Shown here in pieces: positions 1-15,994 of a DNA stretch of 64,000 nt. Both the position numbers and the translations under genes were made by a program. Below the pieces are notes generated by a model. It saw nothing but the letters and a program-made list of their open reading frames with translations. It searched no databases and was not told the origin of the DNA. Position 1 is the stretch's first letter. Every line of letters begins with the position of its first letter. Source of the stretch: the human T2T-CHM13v2.0 reference genome, Homo sapiens; NCBI RefSeq assembly GCF_009914755.1, contig NC_060933.1; one strand, written 5' to 3'.

Positions 1-50
1 ATCTGCAATTTAAACAGCATTCCCAGGTGATTCAAGTGCACATTCAAGTG
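1..50. mobile_element. MER5-like hAT-Charlie DNA transposon fragment
   Basis: atctgcaatttaaacagcattcccaggtgattc...gcacatt resembles MER5A/B sequence. Confidence 0.5.
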
Positions 51-302
51 TCCTCTACCACTATTCTCATACCCTTACAACCCATGCTGGAGTTGCCTTG
101 GGGTCGTGGACATTGCATTGAGGGGGTGGGGGCCTGGAGAACATTGCCTCCTTCTTCTTTCTTCTTCCACCCCCTGCTCCAGCTCAATTTAAGGGCTAGG
201 TCAGCAGCTCTCCCTTTAGCTAAAAGTGGCTCCTCACTCACCCTCTTCCCCTGGCCCCAATCACTATCATTCTCTGGACTGTGAAGTAGTTGCTTAAGCT
301 CT

Positions 303-614
303 TTTGTTGTTGTTGTTGTTGTTGTATTTTGTTTGAGACAGAGTTTCACTCTGTCACCCAGCTGGAGTCCAGTGGCACGATCTTGGCTCACTGCAACCTC
401 TGCCTCCCCATTCAAGCAATAATTCTCTGCTTCAGCCTCCCAAGTAGCTGGGATTACAGGTGCCCACCAACATGCCTGGCTAATTTTTGTATTTTTAGTA
501 GAGACAGGGTTTCACCATATTGGCCAGGCTGGTCTTGAACTCCTAACCTTGTGATCCACCTACCTTGGCCTCTCAAAGTGCTAGGATTACAGGCGTGAGC
601 CACCGTACCCAGCC
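303..614 (-). mobile_element. Alu (AluS-type), antisense
   Basis: Full dimeric Alu with (TTG)n-derived tail; TSD-like tgcttaagctctt (291-303) / tgctcaagttctt (615-627). Confidence 0.95.
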
Positions 615-708
615 TGCTCAAGTTCTTAGATTCCTTTGTTTTCTGCTCTGCTTTCATATATTTTATGCTAGGGGTGAGATAGACCATAACATTTTACGAT
701 AACAACCA

Positions 709-950
709 CTTCCTAGTGTTCTATACCATTGCAGGATGATTATAGTTAACACTAATATGTATTTTCAAATAGCTAGAAGGAGGATATTGACTGCTGCCAA
801 CACAAAGAAATGATAAATGTTTGGGATGATGGATACGCTAACTACCCTGATCTGATCACTCTACATTATATGTATCAAAATGTGACTATGTACCCCATGT
901 ATATATTATTTATCAACATGGGGTAAATAGTGATTTATTTTTTAAAAAAA
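709..950 (+). mobile_element. L1MA-type LINE-1 3' end fragment
   Basis: tttcaaatagctagaagg...aacacaaagaaatgataaatgtttgggatgatggata...taccctgatctgatca typical of L1MA 3'UTR. Confidence 0.8.
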
Positions 951-959
951 CTGCCTCTT

Positions 960-1160
960 CTGAGTATTCTAATATGTGCCAAGCACTGCGCTTAGCTCTT
1001 TTATATGAATCATTAAACTGATTCTCTTACAACAGCACTGAAAGTAGATAGTTTCATCCCCATTTACAGATGAGGAAACTAAGGCTTATGAATATGAAAT
1101 AATTTTCCCAAGGTCTCATAGCTGGCCAGGAGGCAGAGGCAAGATCAAGTCCTGGTCTGC
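960..1160 (-). mobile_element. MIR SINE
   Basis: cccatttacagatgaggaaactaaggc...cccaaggtctcatagct is the antisense MIR core. Confidence 0.85.
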
Positions 1161-1349
1161 CATTTCCCCTGTACCATGCTGCATTTCTTTTACAACCATA
1201 ATGCCACGTTTAATCTTGTAATTTGTTATTCGGTGCTCAGGATCAAGATAATTTATATCTAAATCTATATATCAAAGAGTTATTTTTTTTCCTCAAGACT
1301 TTGTCCCTTTCCTCAAGCAGCCCACATCTGGAAGCTGTAAGTAACAAGT

Positions 1350-1992
1350 AAAGTAGACTACAATGTGATACATGCTACAGTGGTTCAATGTGTGGGATGC
1401 TATGAGCAGCTACAGAAGAGGCATCTAACCCAGCCTTGGGCATGAGGTTAAGTTTACTTTGAGGCATGATGCTGTAGCTGAGACCTGAAGGAAAAGATGG
1501 AGGGAAAAATATTTAAGCAGAGAAAATAGTGTGAGGGCCAGAGGTGAGATACTACGTGGTCTTTTCAATACAGCATGGTTGGAGCAGAAATAGGAGGTGG
1601 GAGTGGGAGTGGGATGGAGAGTGAGGAGATTGGGCAATGGGATGAGACAAGGCCACAGGGCAAGCAGGATTCAGATCATGAAGAACCTTGGAAGCCATGT
1701 AACGAGTTTGCTCCTAATCCCAAGGACCAGGAGTATCATTGGTGTTTTCAACACAGGAGGTACATGTGTATTTGAGAAAGATGGCTCTTCCCCTATCGCT
1801 TCTCGGCCTTTTGGCTAAAATCAAGTGGAGAAAGATCACTCTTCTGTGTGATGATGGATTGAAGGGAGGGCATGTAAAGAAAGATGGAGAAGAGTTAGGA
1901 GGCAGTTGAAATAATACGGACAAGAAATGATGGTGACCTGAACTGGGATAAAAGCAGGCAGGCTAGAGAAGCAAAGGGTAGAGCTCTTTATG
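1350..1992 (-). mobile_element. L2 LINE fragment (continues about 10931-11010)
   Basis: Purine-rich antisense L2 motifs (gctgagacctgaagg, aagatcactct, gatggtgacctgaact); resumes after the nested LTR. Confidence 0.7.
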
Positions 1993-1996
1993 AAGT

Positions 1997-2320
1997 TGTA
2001 AAAATAAGTAATTCAAAATCAAAGCTGTTGGAACTTCTTAAATTATTTTGAGCCTTAAAAGAATGTGATTATGAGACATGAGTTATGTGACAGCCAGCTA
2101 TAACCTACAAGCCATAACCTTTGTTCCTCTGATTATAGATTAGCCATTTCTTTACCTATATTGATTTGTCAAAAGTTGTAAAAGACTAAAGGGCACCAGA
2201 GAAGACTCCTTTCCTCTTCGGTCTTGATCTTCATTGTAGATTAATTTCCCTTACTTCTCTTACACAAAAACCTCACAACTATCACATTGTCTAAAATGGA
2301 ATGTTAAATATACTCTTTTA
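1997..2320 (+). mobile_element. ERV1 MER4-group solo LTR (MER87-like), 5' part
   Basis: Starts TGTAAAAATAAGTAATTCAAAATC; 4-bp TSD AAGT at 1993-1996 matches 10927-10930; subfamily name from memory. Confidence 0.75.
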
Positions 2321-2874
2321 GAGGACTTCATCTTGCATCTTGGATACCACCTTAGCCACAGTAGGATAGGGCTCTGGGCAGAGTCATGAGGACCCTGCTC
2401 CAGGCCCTAGCTCCTGGATGACATTTCTAGATGCACCCTGGGCCAAAAGGGTATCTACTGCATTGAAGGGAATGACTCAGTCTTGACAGGATTCATCACC
2501 TGCTAACTAAAGAGCCCTTGGTCCCTGAATAACCAGCAGCAATACCCAGGGAGTATGCCGTAGGCCTCGGGCTCTGAGATGTGCTGGCCTCAGGGGAAAC
2601 CTAACACATTCTTAGCTATTGTGGCTATGATGAAACATTCTTCTGTTTGAGAAAAGCAGAGGGAAAAGTAAAGAGGACTTTGTCTTGCACCTTAGGCACC
2701 AGCTCAGCCACAGTAGGACGAGCAACAAGCAGGCACTTGGGGTCCCTAAGTCCAGACCTAGGCTCTTGGACAGCATTTCTATATCTGTCCTGGGGCAGTG
2801 GAGAGTCCACTTCCCTCAATGGTGAGTCCCAGGCCTGGCAGCATTAACCATGAACTGACAGAAGAGATCTTGGG

Positions 2875-3457
<583 letters not shown>

Positions 3458-6400
3458 TGAGCATTGGTGGTGGCCTGGCAGAACCCCTGTGGACCAGTGG
3501 TGGTGATGGCTCCAGGGAGAGGCCCCTCTGCCTATGGAAAGCAGAGGCAAGAGCGGGAAGCACTTTATATTGTGGTGTGAGAACCAGCTTAGCTATAGTA
3601 GAATAGAACAACAGATAAACTGCCAAGGTTTTTTGCTCCAATCCCTGGCTCCCAGACAACATCTCTGGACATGCCCAGGGCCTAGGGGAACTCACCGTCT
3701 TAAAAGGAAAGGCCTTGGGCAAGACCCAGTACTATGTTGGCTTCAGGCCTGACCCACCACAGTCCCAGTGGTGGTGGCCACAGGGGTGTTTGCATCACCA
3801 CACTCCCAATTCCAGACAATTTTAGCAGAGAGTAAGGGAAAAGAACAAGTCTCCAGAAAATTCTTCCAAATCTCATCCAAGACCACCAAGGTGGTACCTC
3901 TACAAATATGCAAAAACCACAGCATTACTGGGCTTGAGGCCCAAGTCCTTCGAATACCTGGAAAGCCTTCCCAAGAAGAACAGGCATAAACAGGTCCAGA
4001 CTATGAAGATTACAATAAGTACCAAACTCTTCAATGTCCAGACTGTGATGAACATCTACAAGCATCAACACCATCCAGGAAAACATGACCTCACCAAATG
4101 AACTAAATAAGGCAATAGGGAACAATCCTGGAGAAATGGAGATATGTGACCTAGCAGAGAATTCAAAACACCTATTTTGAGGAAACTTGAAGAAATTTAA
4201 CATAACACAGAGAAGGAATTCAGAATTCTATCAGATAAATTTAACAAAAAGATTGAAACAATTAAAAAGAAGCAAGCAGCAATTCTAGAGTTGGAAAATG
4301 CAATTGACATGCTGAAAAATGCATTAGAGTCTCTTAATAGTAGAATTGATTAAGCAGAAGAAAGACTTATTGAGCTTGAAGACAGGCTATTTGAAAACAC
4401 ACAGAAGGGGAAAGAAAGATAAAAAAACAAGGAAGCATGCCTAGAAGATCTAGAAAATAGTCTCACAAATATGAGAGTTATTGGCCTTAAAGAAGAGATG
4501 GAGCTAGAAATAGGGGTAGAAAATTTATTCAAAGGGATAATAACAGAGAACTTCCCAAACCTAGAGAAAGATATCAACATTCAAGTATGAGAAGGTTAAT
4601 AGAACACCAAGCAGATTTAACCCAAAGAAGACTACTTCAAAGCATTTATTAATCAAACACTCAAAGGTCAAGGATAAAGAAAGGATCCTAAAAGCAGCAA
4701 GAGAAAAGACACAAATAACATGCAATGGAAGTCCAACATGTCTGGCAGCAAACTTTTCAGTGGAAACCTTATAGGCTAGGAAAGAATGGCATGACATATT
4801 TAAAATGCTGACGGAACATAACTTTTACCCTATCTGGTGAAAATACCCTTCAAGCAGTAAGGAGAAATAAGACCTTTCCAGACAAACAAAAGCTGAGGGA
4901 TTTTATCAACACCAGACCTCTCCTACACAAAATGCTAAAGGGAGTTTTCAGTCTGAAAGAAAGGGATGTTAATGACCAAGAAGAAATCATCTGAAGGTAA
5001 AAAACTCACTGGTAATAGTAAGCACACAGAAAAACACAGAATAATATGACACTGTAATGGTGGTGTGTAAACTACTCTTGTTTCAAGTAGAAAGACTAAA
5101 TGATGAACCACTCAAAAATAATAACTACAACAACTTTTCAAGACATAGACAGCACAATAAAACAAAGAGAAGCTACAAAAAGTCAAAAAGCAGGGGAACA
5201 AAGTTATAAAGTGTAGAGTTTTTATTAGTTTTCTTTTTGCATGTTTATTTGTTTGGATATACAGTGTTAAGTTGTCATCAGTTTAAAATAATGGATTATA
5301 AAATAGTATTTGCAAGACTCATGGTAACCTCAAAACAAAAACATAACAAATAAACACAAAATAAAAAGCAAGAAATTAAACCATACCACCAGAGAAAATC
5401 ACCTTCATTAAAAAGAAGACAGGAAGGAAGGAAAGAAGGAAGAGAACAATGCAAAACAACGAGAAAACAAAGAATACAATGGCAGGAGTAAGTCCCTACT
5501 TATCAATAATAATACTGAGTGAAAATTGACTAAATGCTCCAATCAAAAGACAGAGAGTGACTGAATGGATGAGAAAATAAGATCCAATGATCTGTTGCCT
5601 ACAAGAAATATACTTCACCTATAAAGGCACACATAGGCTGAAAATAAAGAGATGGAAAAAGATAATCCACGACAATAGAAACCAAAGAAGAGTAGGAGTA
5701 GCTATACTTATGAGAAAAAATAGATTTCAAGACAAAAACTGTAAGAAGAGACAAATAAGGTTATTAAATAATGACAAAGGGGACAATTCAGCAAGAGGAT
5801 TCAATTGTAAATATATATGCACCCAACGCTGGAGCAACCCGATATATAAAGCAAATATTATTAGAGCTAAAGAGAGAAATAGGCCCAAATACAATAATAA
5901 CTGGAGACTTCAACACCCCACTTTCAGCATTGCACAGATCTGCCAGACAGGAAATCAACAAATAAACATTGGACTAAATCTGCGCTATGGAACAAATGAA
6001 CCTAATGAGTAGTCACAAAACATGTCATCCAACAGCTGCAGAATATACATTCTTCTCAGTACATGGATTTTTCTCAAGAATAGACCATATGTTAGCTCAC
6101 AGAACAAGTCTTAAAGCATTCAAAAAAATTAAAATAATATCAAGCATCTTCTCTGATCACATTGGAATAAAACTTGAAATCAGTAACAAAAGGAATTTTG
6201 GAAACTATATAAACACATGATAATTAAACAACATGCTCCTGAATGACCTGTGAGTCAGTGAAGAAATTAAGAAGAAAACTGAAAGATTTCTTGAAACAAA
6301 TGATAACGGAAACACAGTATACCAAAACATATGAGATACAGTGAGAGCAGTACTGAGATAAATTTATAGCTATAATGCCTACATCAAAAAAGAAGAAAAG

Positions 6401-6702
6401 CTTCAAATAAATAAGCTAATGATATATCTTAAAGAACTAGACAAGCAGGAACAAACTGAACCCAAAATTAGTAGAAGAAAAGAAATAATAATGAAGATCA
6501 GAGCAGAAATAAATGAAACTAAAATGAAGAAGACAATACAAAAGACCAACAAAACAAAAAGTTAATATTTTGAAAAGATAAGCAAAATTGATGAACCTTT
6601 AACCAGAGTAACTAGGAAAAAAAGAGGGGAGACCCAAATGAATAAAATCAGAGATGAAAAAGGAGACATTAGAACTGATACCACAGAAATTCAAATGATC
6701 CT

Positions 6703-7039
<337 letters not shown>

Positions 7040-7854
7040 AGAAATTCAAATGATCATTAGTGGCTACTATGAGCAGCTATATGCCAATAAATTGGAAAAT
7101 CTAGAAGAAATGGATAAATTCCTACGCATATACAACCTATTAAGATTGAATCAGGAAGAAATCCAAAACCTGAACAGACCAATAACAAGTAACAATATTG
7201 AGGCTGTAATAAAAAGTCTCCTAGTAAAGAAAAGCCCAAGACCCAACGGCTTCACTTCTAAACACTACCAAGCATTTAAAGAACTAATAGCAACCCTACT
7301 CAAACTGTTCTGAAAAATAGAGGAGAAAATAATTCCAAACTCATTCTACAAAGCCAGTATTACCCTGATACCAAAACCAGACAAAGACACATTAAAAAAA
7401 AAAACTACAGGTCAGTATCTCTGATGAATATTGATGCAAAAATCCTCAACAAAATACTAGCAAACAAAATTCAACAATACATTAAAAAGATCATTCATTA
7501 TGATCAAATGGGATTTATCCCAGGGATGCAAGGATGGTTCAACATACGTCCATCAATGTGACACATCATATCAACATAATAAAGGACAAAATCCATATGA
7601 TCATTTCAATGGATGCTGAAAAAGCATTTGATAAAGTTTAACATCTCTTCATGATAAAAACCCTCAAAGAACTGGGTATAGAAGGAACATACCTCAACAT
7701 AATAAAAGACTACATAACAAAAGACTGTATAACACAGCCAGTATCATACCAAATGGGGAAAAACTGAAAGCCTTTCTTCTGAGATCTGGAAGACAACAAA
7801 GATGCCCACTTTCGTCACAATTATTCAACGTAGTACTGGAAGTCCTAGATATAG

Positions 7855-8157
<303 letters not shown>

Positions 8158-8992
8158 AGATATGATCTTATACTTGGAAAAACACTAAAGAGGCCATCAA
8201 AAAACTATTTGAACTGATAAATTCAGTAAAGTTACAGGATACAAAATCAACAAACAAAAACCAGTAGCATTTCTATATGCCAACAGTGAAAAATCTAAAA
8301 AGGAAATTTAAAAAGCAATCCCATTTACAATACCCATACATAAACTTAAGTACCTAGGAATTAACCAAATACGTGAAAGATCTCTTCAATAAAAACTATA
8401 AAACACTCATGAAAGAAATTGAAGAGGACACACACAAAAATGGAAAGATACTCCATGTTCATGGATTGGAAGAATACTGTTAAAATGTTTATACTAGCCA
8501 AAGCAATCTACAGATTCAATACAATTCCTATCAAAATAACAATTACATTCTTCACAGAAATAGAAAAACAATTCTAAAATTTATATAGAATTACAAAAGA
8601 CCCAGAATAGCCAAAGCTATCCTGAGAAAAAAGAACAAAACTGGAAGAATCACATTACCTGACTTCAAATTATACTACAGAGCTTCTGTAACTAAAACAG
8701 CATGGTAATGGTATAAAAATAGACACATAGACCAATGGAACAGAATGGAGAACCCAGAAACAAATCCACCCATCTACAGTAAACTCATTTTCAACAAAGG
8801 TACCAAGAACATATATTGGGAAAAGATAGTCTCTTCAATAAGTGACACTGGGAAAACTGGATATCCTTACGCAGAAGAATGAAACTAGACCCTTATCTCT
8901 CACCATATACAAAAATCAAATCAAAATAAATTAAAGACTTAAATCTAAGCCCTCAAACTGTGAAACTACTGCAAGAAAACACTGGAAAAACT

Positions 8993-9344
<352 letters not shown>

Positions 9345-10076
9345 TTATCGAGTAATACCCCGCAAGCGCAAACAAAGCAGAAATGTACACATAGAATCAC
9401 ATCAAGTTAAAAAGCTTCTGCACAACAAAGAAAACAATCAACAAAGTGAAGAGGCAACCCGCAGAATGAGAGAAAGTATTTGAACACTACCCATTTGACA
9501 AAGTGTTAATAATAGAATATATAAGGAGCTCAAACAACTCTAAGAGGAAAAAAAAATCTAATAATCGAATTTTAAAATGGGCAAAGATCTGAAAAGACAT
9601 TTCTAAGATGACATACAAATGGCCAATGTATATAAAAAACTGCTCAACATTAATAATCATCAGAGAAATAAATACAAATCAAAACCACAAGGAGATATCG
9701 TATGACCCCAGTTAAAATGGCTTTTATCCAAGTCAGGCAATAACAAATGCTAGCAAGAATGTGGAGAAAAGGGAACCCTCGTACGCTGTCAGTGGGAATG
9801 TAAATTAGTACAACCACTACGGAGAACAGCATGGAGGTTCCCTAGAAAACAAAAATAGAGCTACCATATGACCCAGCAATCCCACTGCTGAGTATATATC
9901 CGAAAGAAAGGAAATCAGTATATCGAGGAGCTATCTGCACTCCCATGTTTGTTGCAGCACTGTTCACAAGAGCCAAGATTTGGACTGTTCTCTATAGAGA
10001 ATAGAACGATGGTTACCTGGGGCGGTAGGGAGGAAGGTGGGGATGGTTAATGGATATTAAAAAAAAAAAAAAAATA

Positions 10077-10439
<363 letters not shown>

Positions 10440-10632
10440 TTAATTGTACATCTTAAAATAACTAAAAGTATAATTGGATTGTTTGTAACATGGGATAAAT
10501 GCTTGAGGAGATGGATACCCAGTTTTCCATGATGGGATTACTACACACTGCATACCTGTGCCAAAATATCTCATATACCCCACACATACATACACCCACT
10601 ATGTACCCACAAAAAATAAAAATTAAAAAATT

Positions 10633-10926
10633 AAATATATATGTATATATGTATACACACACACTCTTTTAAATTGGAAAAGAAAAAAACAAGGTGTAAC
10701 TTATCAAATTTCTGTAACTCATAAACCAGTCTTGTATGGGAAATGTTGTAATCCTGTTAAATTTCTTCATTTTCTGCTTATATAAGCAAGACCTTAACTT
10801 CTCCTCTTGGAGCACTGAGACCATTCTTTTGGAGTCTGTTGTTACCAGAATGGTTATTATCAGCTTTGCCCTGGAATGAACTCTTTTAAACTGGATTCTG
10901 ATCCTTTAAATTATTTCAGGTTGACA
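10633..10926 (+). mobile_element. ERV1 MER4-group solo LTR, 3' part
   Basis: Resumes at actcttttaaattggaaa, contains tatataag, ends ttatttcaggttgACA followed by TSD AAGT. Confidence 0.75.
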
Positions 10927-11604
10927 AAGTAAACTTTAACAGGGCTTAATTGATGAGATGTGAGTGAGGGAAATGGGACGTCAGAATAATGTTCTCCATT
11001 TTTTACTTAGGGATGTAGATATTAGTATAATATACTTAGATATATTATCTAAAATATTCTAACAATGATCTCCAAACATCACCTTACTAGTATACTTATG
11101 GCTCAATTTGCCCTTGTCATAATTACAGGCAGTCTCCTATGTCATTCATTATCAGATGAACACGCTTACTAGTATAATGATAATTATGGAACATACACAA
11201 TGAGAATGATTGTCACAGGGTGATGTCATAAACAAAGATAATTAGAGAAAATATTGAAAATTCTAGTAATTTCAAACAAATTATGCTTCTAGATGCAAAT
11301 AGTCATTTGGCTGGGGAATTATTAAATATGGGTTGAAGAAGCAAGGAACAAATGATAAATCACAAACTATCAAAGTGAAAAAAAGGGAATTTCTCATAAA
11401 ACAAAGATTGTCAAAGAAAAAATGTATTGGTCACAGGAAAAACAAACCTGGACTTGCTTGTTATTGGCTAGTTCCAATTTCAGACGTGGCTACCGGAAGA
11501 TCCCCCATATCCAAATGCCTATAAGTTATTTTTACTATCTTTTTTGACAGTATACATAAACACAGAAATAATGTGGTTTAAAAACTAGGTTTTGGGAGGT
11601 CTGT

Positions 11605-11905
<301 letters not shown>

Positions 11906-12899
11906 TGAAAAATTCAGTTCTTTATTAGGGTTTGCATATTAAGAAAAAGCTAGAACAACAGAGAAGCAGTTGTTTTTTCTCTTTAGCATAGAGCTATGGA
12001 GAAAAACCATCCTTAATTCTTTAGTTACAGTTGTAGGCCAAAAAGGAAAAAATAAATTATGAAAGTAAAATATTAGGATTTTAAGTATATATAAAGAATT
12101 CATGCATCTATTGAAACTATGATTGAAAACATTTCATAAGAATTTCACGTAAATCAGCTAAAATTTTACTGAATTTATTAAAAACTGAAAGAGGTCAGAT
12201 GGTTGTACATTTGCTTTGATCCAGCACAAAGTTATTTTAACTGCCATGTAGCCTCCATTGTTTTGCATAAATGGATGCTACAGAAATAGCAGCATTAAAT
12301 TCACTGTTTTAGTGATCAGGGGACGTTGTCAAGGATACTCAACTTTGCATTCATCAGCATTACTCTGATAGGTACTCTTTGGCAAAATTTAGCTCATATT
12401 TAACTGCCAGCCAAAGTTGTCCTTCTGAACAAATGGGATATTTTAATCTTACTGATAAGATTAATCTTTAGCTGATCAAGTTCTCTTTTAGTTTTAGCCA
12501 CCAGGAAGGTCAATGCAGATTTCTGTGGCCCACCTTTAGTCACTGTGAGAAATATAATTCTCACAAACTCTTGGGTTTTTTTCTTAAATTGTGTATGAGC
12601 CTAAAAAGGGTTATAATTCCTTATGTAACAACCTTTACACATTTGTAAGAACCAAAACAAGTATGTAAAATTTAACGCAAACAAAATGATAAAACTATTA
12701 CAATTCATTTAAATAATATTAGTAAACACAACAGATGAAGCCATATTGTCAAAACTGGTTACCACTCACAATGTCCTCTTGAATTTTGGGCCTAATTTTA
12801 CATGTGTGATGTGATAATTTAATTCACTCACACTTTTTCTCAATTTAAATTACTGTGAAACCTTCACTCCTACAATGTGTTATAATGACTTCTGTCCTT

Positions 12900-13172
12900 C
12901 ACTTGGTGCAAACATGCCATTTAGATCTTAGGTCTATCTCTACGCCTTTTTCATTAGTCCACACGACCTCCCAACTGTAAAAAGAAATACAACCTCAGGC
13001 ACAAAATATTACCGGCAGTACTGGGTTATGAGGTCGTGATACAGATGACCCATAATGTTCTTGTACATATTTTTTAGTTATCATGAAAATCAATATGCAA
13101 ATGTAGTAAATGCTCACAGAAAACTAGTAATCCCTCAGAATTTATCTGTGTATCCCAGTTTGGGAACCACTA
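12900..13172. mobile_element. Degraded hAT-Charlie-like DNA transposon remnant
   Basis: Ends cccagtttgggaaccact, resembling a Charlie terminal repeat; boundaries uncertain. Confidence 0.35.
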
Positions 13173-14282
13173 ATTTTGGAGATAGTGACATCCATTTTCC
13201 CTTTGGTCCCATCTTCTCATTCTGCTTTAATCTTCCATTTGACCTAATTTTTAGAAAATCCATATTTTTGATTTATGGTGCTGTATGCTGTATGGTAGAC
13301 AACCTTAACTTCTCTTCTGCAACAACAGAATAAAAACTCACAGCTCATGCTCCCAAAGAAATAACCCATGGACAAGTGGCTTACAACACCATCCACCACA
13401 GTCTTATGCCGAAGTTTTTGCATTTTTCTCTGCAATCCTCTTCTCCTACAAGCTTTCAATGTGTTCTCTCAAAGTCAGAGAAAGCTAATAAAATAATTTT
13501 AAAAACACTTTTGGTTAAAAATACCATTTAACATTTTGGCTTATGTATGGTCCTAACTAGTTTAGATAAAATAATCTGGCCTAATACTAAATGAGTTTTA
13601 AACATAGAAAACATTTAAGAGACAGCACACAATCTTAACATGGATATCAAATGAGAAGGTTGTCAAATCCTTTAACAAAATTATCCAAGTCTCTAAACAG
13701 CATCTCTGTCCTCAGTGAGTTTCTGAAAATGTCTTGCTCATCCTACCACCCAAATAGCCCAACAGCCAAACTAAAGCTTAGGTGGCACTCTTCCAAGAAG
13801 GCATACCTTCAGGCCTAGCAAGGTGGAGGGCTTATCCTGCTATGATAGCTTAATGCTGTAATATGAAATTAAGTTGCGAGAGGTGAACAATGTGACTTTG
13901 TTACATTTGGGGGTGTCTACAAATGGGTTTCTTTAACCAAAGTTTTTTAGTGGACTAAAAGTTACCTTAGACTGGCGCCTAAGTTTAGATCTTGAAGCAG
14001 ACAATTCTTGGGACTAAAAGCATCCAAATCATTAATTCTGAACTAGAGAGTATTCCATCATACCTAGTGTAACCTAAGACACAAGTGGTCTAGAACAGTT
14101 AATCTATGTAAGAATGGATATCACCCTTGCATTTGTATCTCTGTGTATTCCCCTGCTAGACTTAGGGACATGGATTTCAGCTTATTCACTGGTATATCCC
14201 CAGAAACTAGGATGGTATTTGGCACTGGGTGAAGGGCAATATTTATTATACTTAAATTCTGATAATTGTAAAAAAGCACAAA

Positions 14283-14709
14283 TGTGGTAGAGACTGGCTG
14301 TTTACCAAACCCTTACCCCTTTCTTCCTGGGCCAGTAACTAGTCTACATTTCCCAGACTCCCTTCCAGTTAAATTTAGCCATAAGACTGAACCTGACTGG
14401 TAGAGAATGGTCAAAAATGAATGTGCCATTTCCAGGCCTGGCCCATAAAAACTTACCAAATGAACCATCCCTATCTCTCTTCCTCCATCTGCCTCTTGTT
14501 GTTGGCATCCAGAGTTACCTTAGAAACTAGTGTCAAAGATGAAAGACCTATGTCAGCTTGGATCCCAGGGTGACCACGTGGAGCACAGTCTCTTTCACCA
14601 GCCCTTTCTTCCAATTACACTTAATATGAATAAGAAACTTCTGTCTTGTTAGGCTACTGAGATTTAGAGTTTGTCTGTTTCAACATCTAGCACTACCCTA
14701 ACAAATACA
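14283..14709 (+). mobile_element. MLT1 (MLT1I/J-like) ERVL-MaLR solo LTR
   Basis: tgtggtag...ctacatttcccag...tccaggcctggcccataaaa...ctactgagatttagagtttgt...aataca. Confidence 0.75.
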
Positions 14710-14779
14710 ACATGCTCAATAGATGATGCTTTTTGGCTTATTAAAGGCAGGTAATCATAATGTAAAGTGTGCCAAATAG

Positions 14780-14930
14780 AGTAAGACATGGTCTTGAGTT
14801 CTGGATGTGATACCCACTAACTCAGAGATTTTGGATATACATTTAATACCAAAATCCCAAATCAGGGTTGTTGGGAAGAATTAAATGAGATTGTATATGG
14901 CCATACCCTTGCATAGTGCCTAGCACATTA
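14780..14930 (+). mobile_element. MIR
   Basis: agggttgttgggaagaattaaatgagat...catagtgcctagcaca. Confidence 0.65.
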
Positions 14931-15994
14931 AATCACACCATTGTGTTTAATATGACTGTAAGAAGTGTCATCTTCTCTGTTTAATAACACATTCTTGGTC
15001 TCTTCCAATCTCACGGTCATACTGTTAATCCCTGTTCTAATCAACAGAAGGGTTTCTATAAGAGTTGTACTTGCCTCCTAAGCCTGCACATTTTGAACTC
15101 TGGTTATTTTTCAGCTGTGTATTGTCTCAAAGCTGTGCAAGCTCCAGTTTCCACCTCTAAAGAATCATCTTCTCCAGTATATCCTGCTTGTGGGTAATCA
15201 TTAGCTTGCCAAACTCTTCAGTGCTCTGACATGAAAAGTTCTGTAAAGGGCCCAGATTTGACTCCATGACTTAGGAGGGAACCCTAGTAGCATCCTGAAC
15301 ATTGCCACCCAGACGTTGCATGGCTCCCTAACACGGGGGACTCATTTGAGACCCATGTTCCCTAAGTCTTATACCAGGCAGGGAATGCCTTCCACTGACC
15401 ATTTTTACCACTACTTAAAAACCCCAAAAGAGCCAGTTTCATTTTTCAAATTATTAACTAAAACCCTGTAAAATTTAATCCAACCAAAAACTTGGATTTT
15501 GCTAAATGAGGTTCTGGCTATCCAAATATGGCTTAACTTCACCAGCTTATGGAATTTAACTATACCCAAGGTTATCATATGCATTTACAGACCTGTGGCC
15601 AGATGTTTCTTATTTGCAAGCTTAGAAGCCTCAGGCAAGTCAGTGAAAGCCAGAACCATGCCATATTTCTCGGGAAAACACTAAAGACTCATGTACATTT
15701 CCTCTGAATCAACTGGAATGTGAAGCTGGCAAAATCAAGATGATCCCCAGCCACAGAGACCATATGAAAGTAACACAAAAGGGTAGAATTGAGAGTCAAA
15801 AGGATTAAATACTCAAAATGGCAAGCACTGGGTCAGCCCAGTTCAGAAAAATGTAGCAGGGAAGGACAGATTTTAGATTAGATAATCCAGCATGAGCAAG
15901 ATTTCTGATAAATGGAAGACATGGCAAAACATGTATGGCCCAGAGGCATTTTTTAAGCACTTCAGAGAAACCGTAACTCAATGTGAGTATGCAG

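Noticed and set aside
1595-1641. G-rich tract as a G-quadruplex
   Set aside because: Only three closely spaced GGG runs, then an 18-nt gap; lies in purine-rich antisense L2.
2321-2870. Roughly 350-bp internal repeat units starting gaggactt
   Set aside because: Consistent with the repetitive 5'UTR structure of old L1M1-type elements, not a locus-specific feature.
11083-11176. cttactagtata repeated twice
   Set aside because: A 12-bp AT-rich match, compatible with chance.
13200-13500. Possible minus-strand coding exon with acceptor-like sites
   Set aside because: All frames after the candidate acceptors hit stops quickly and no protein similarity is recognisable.
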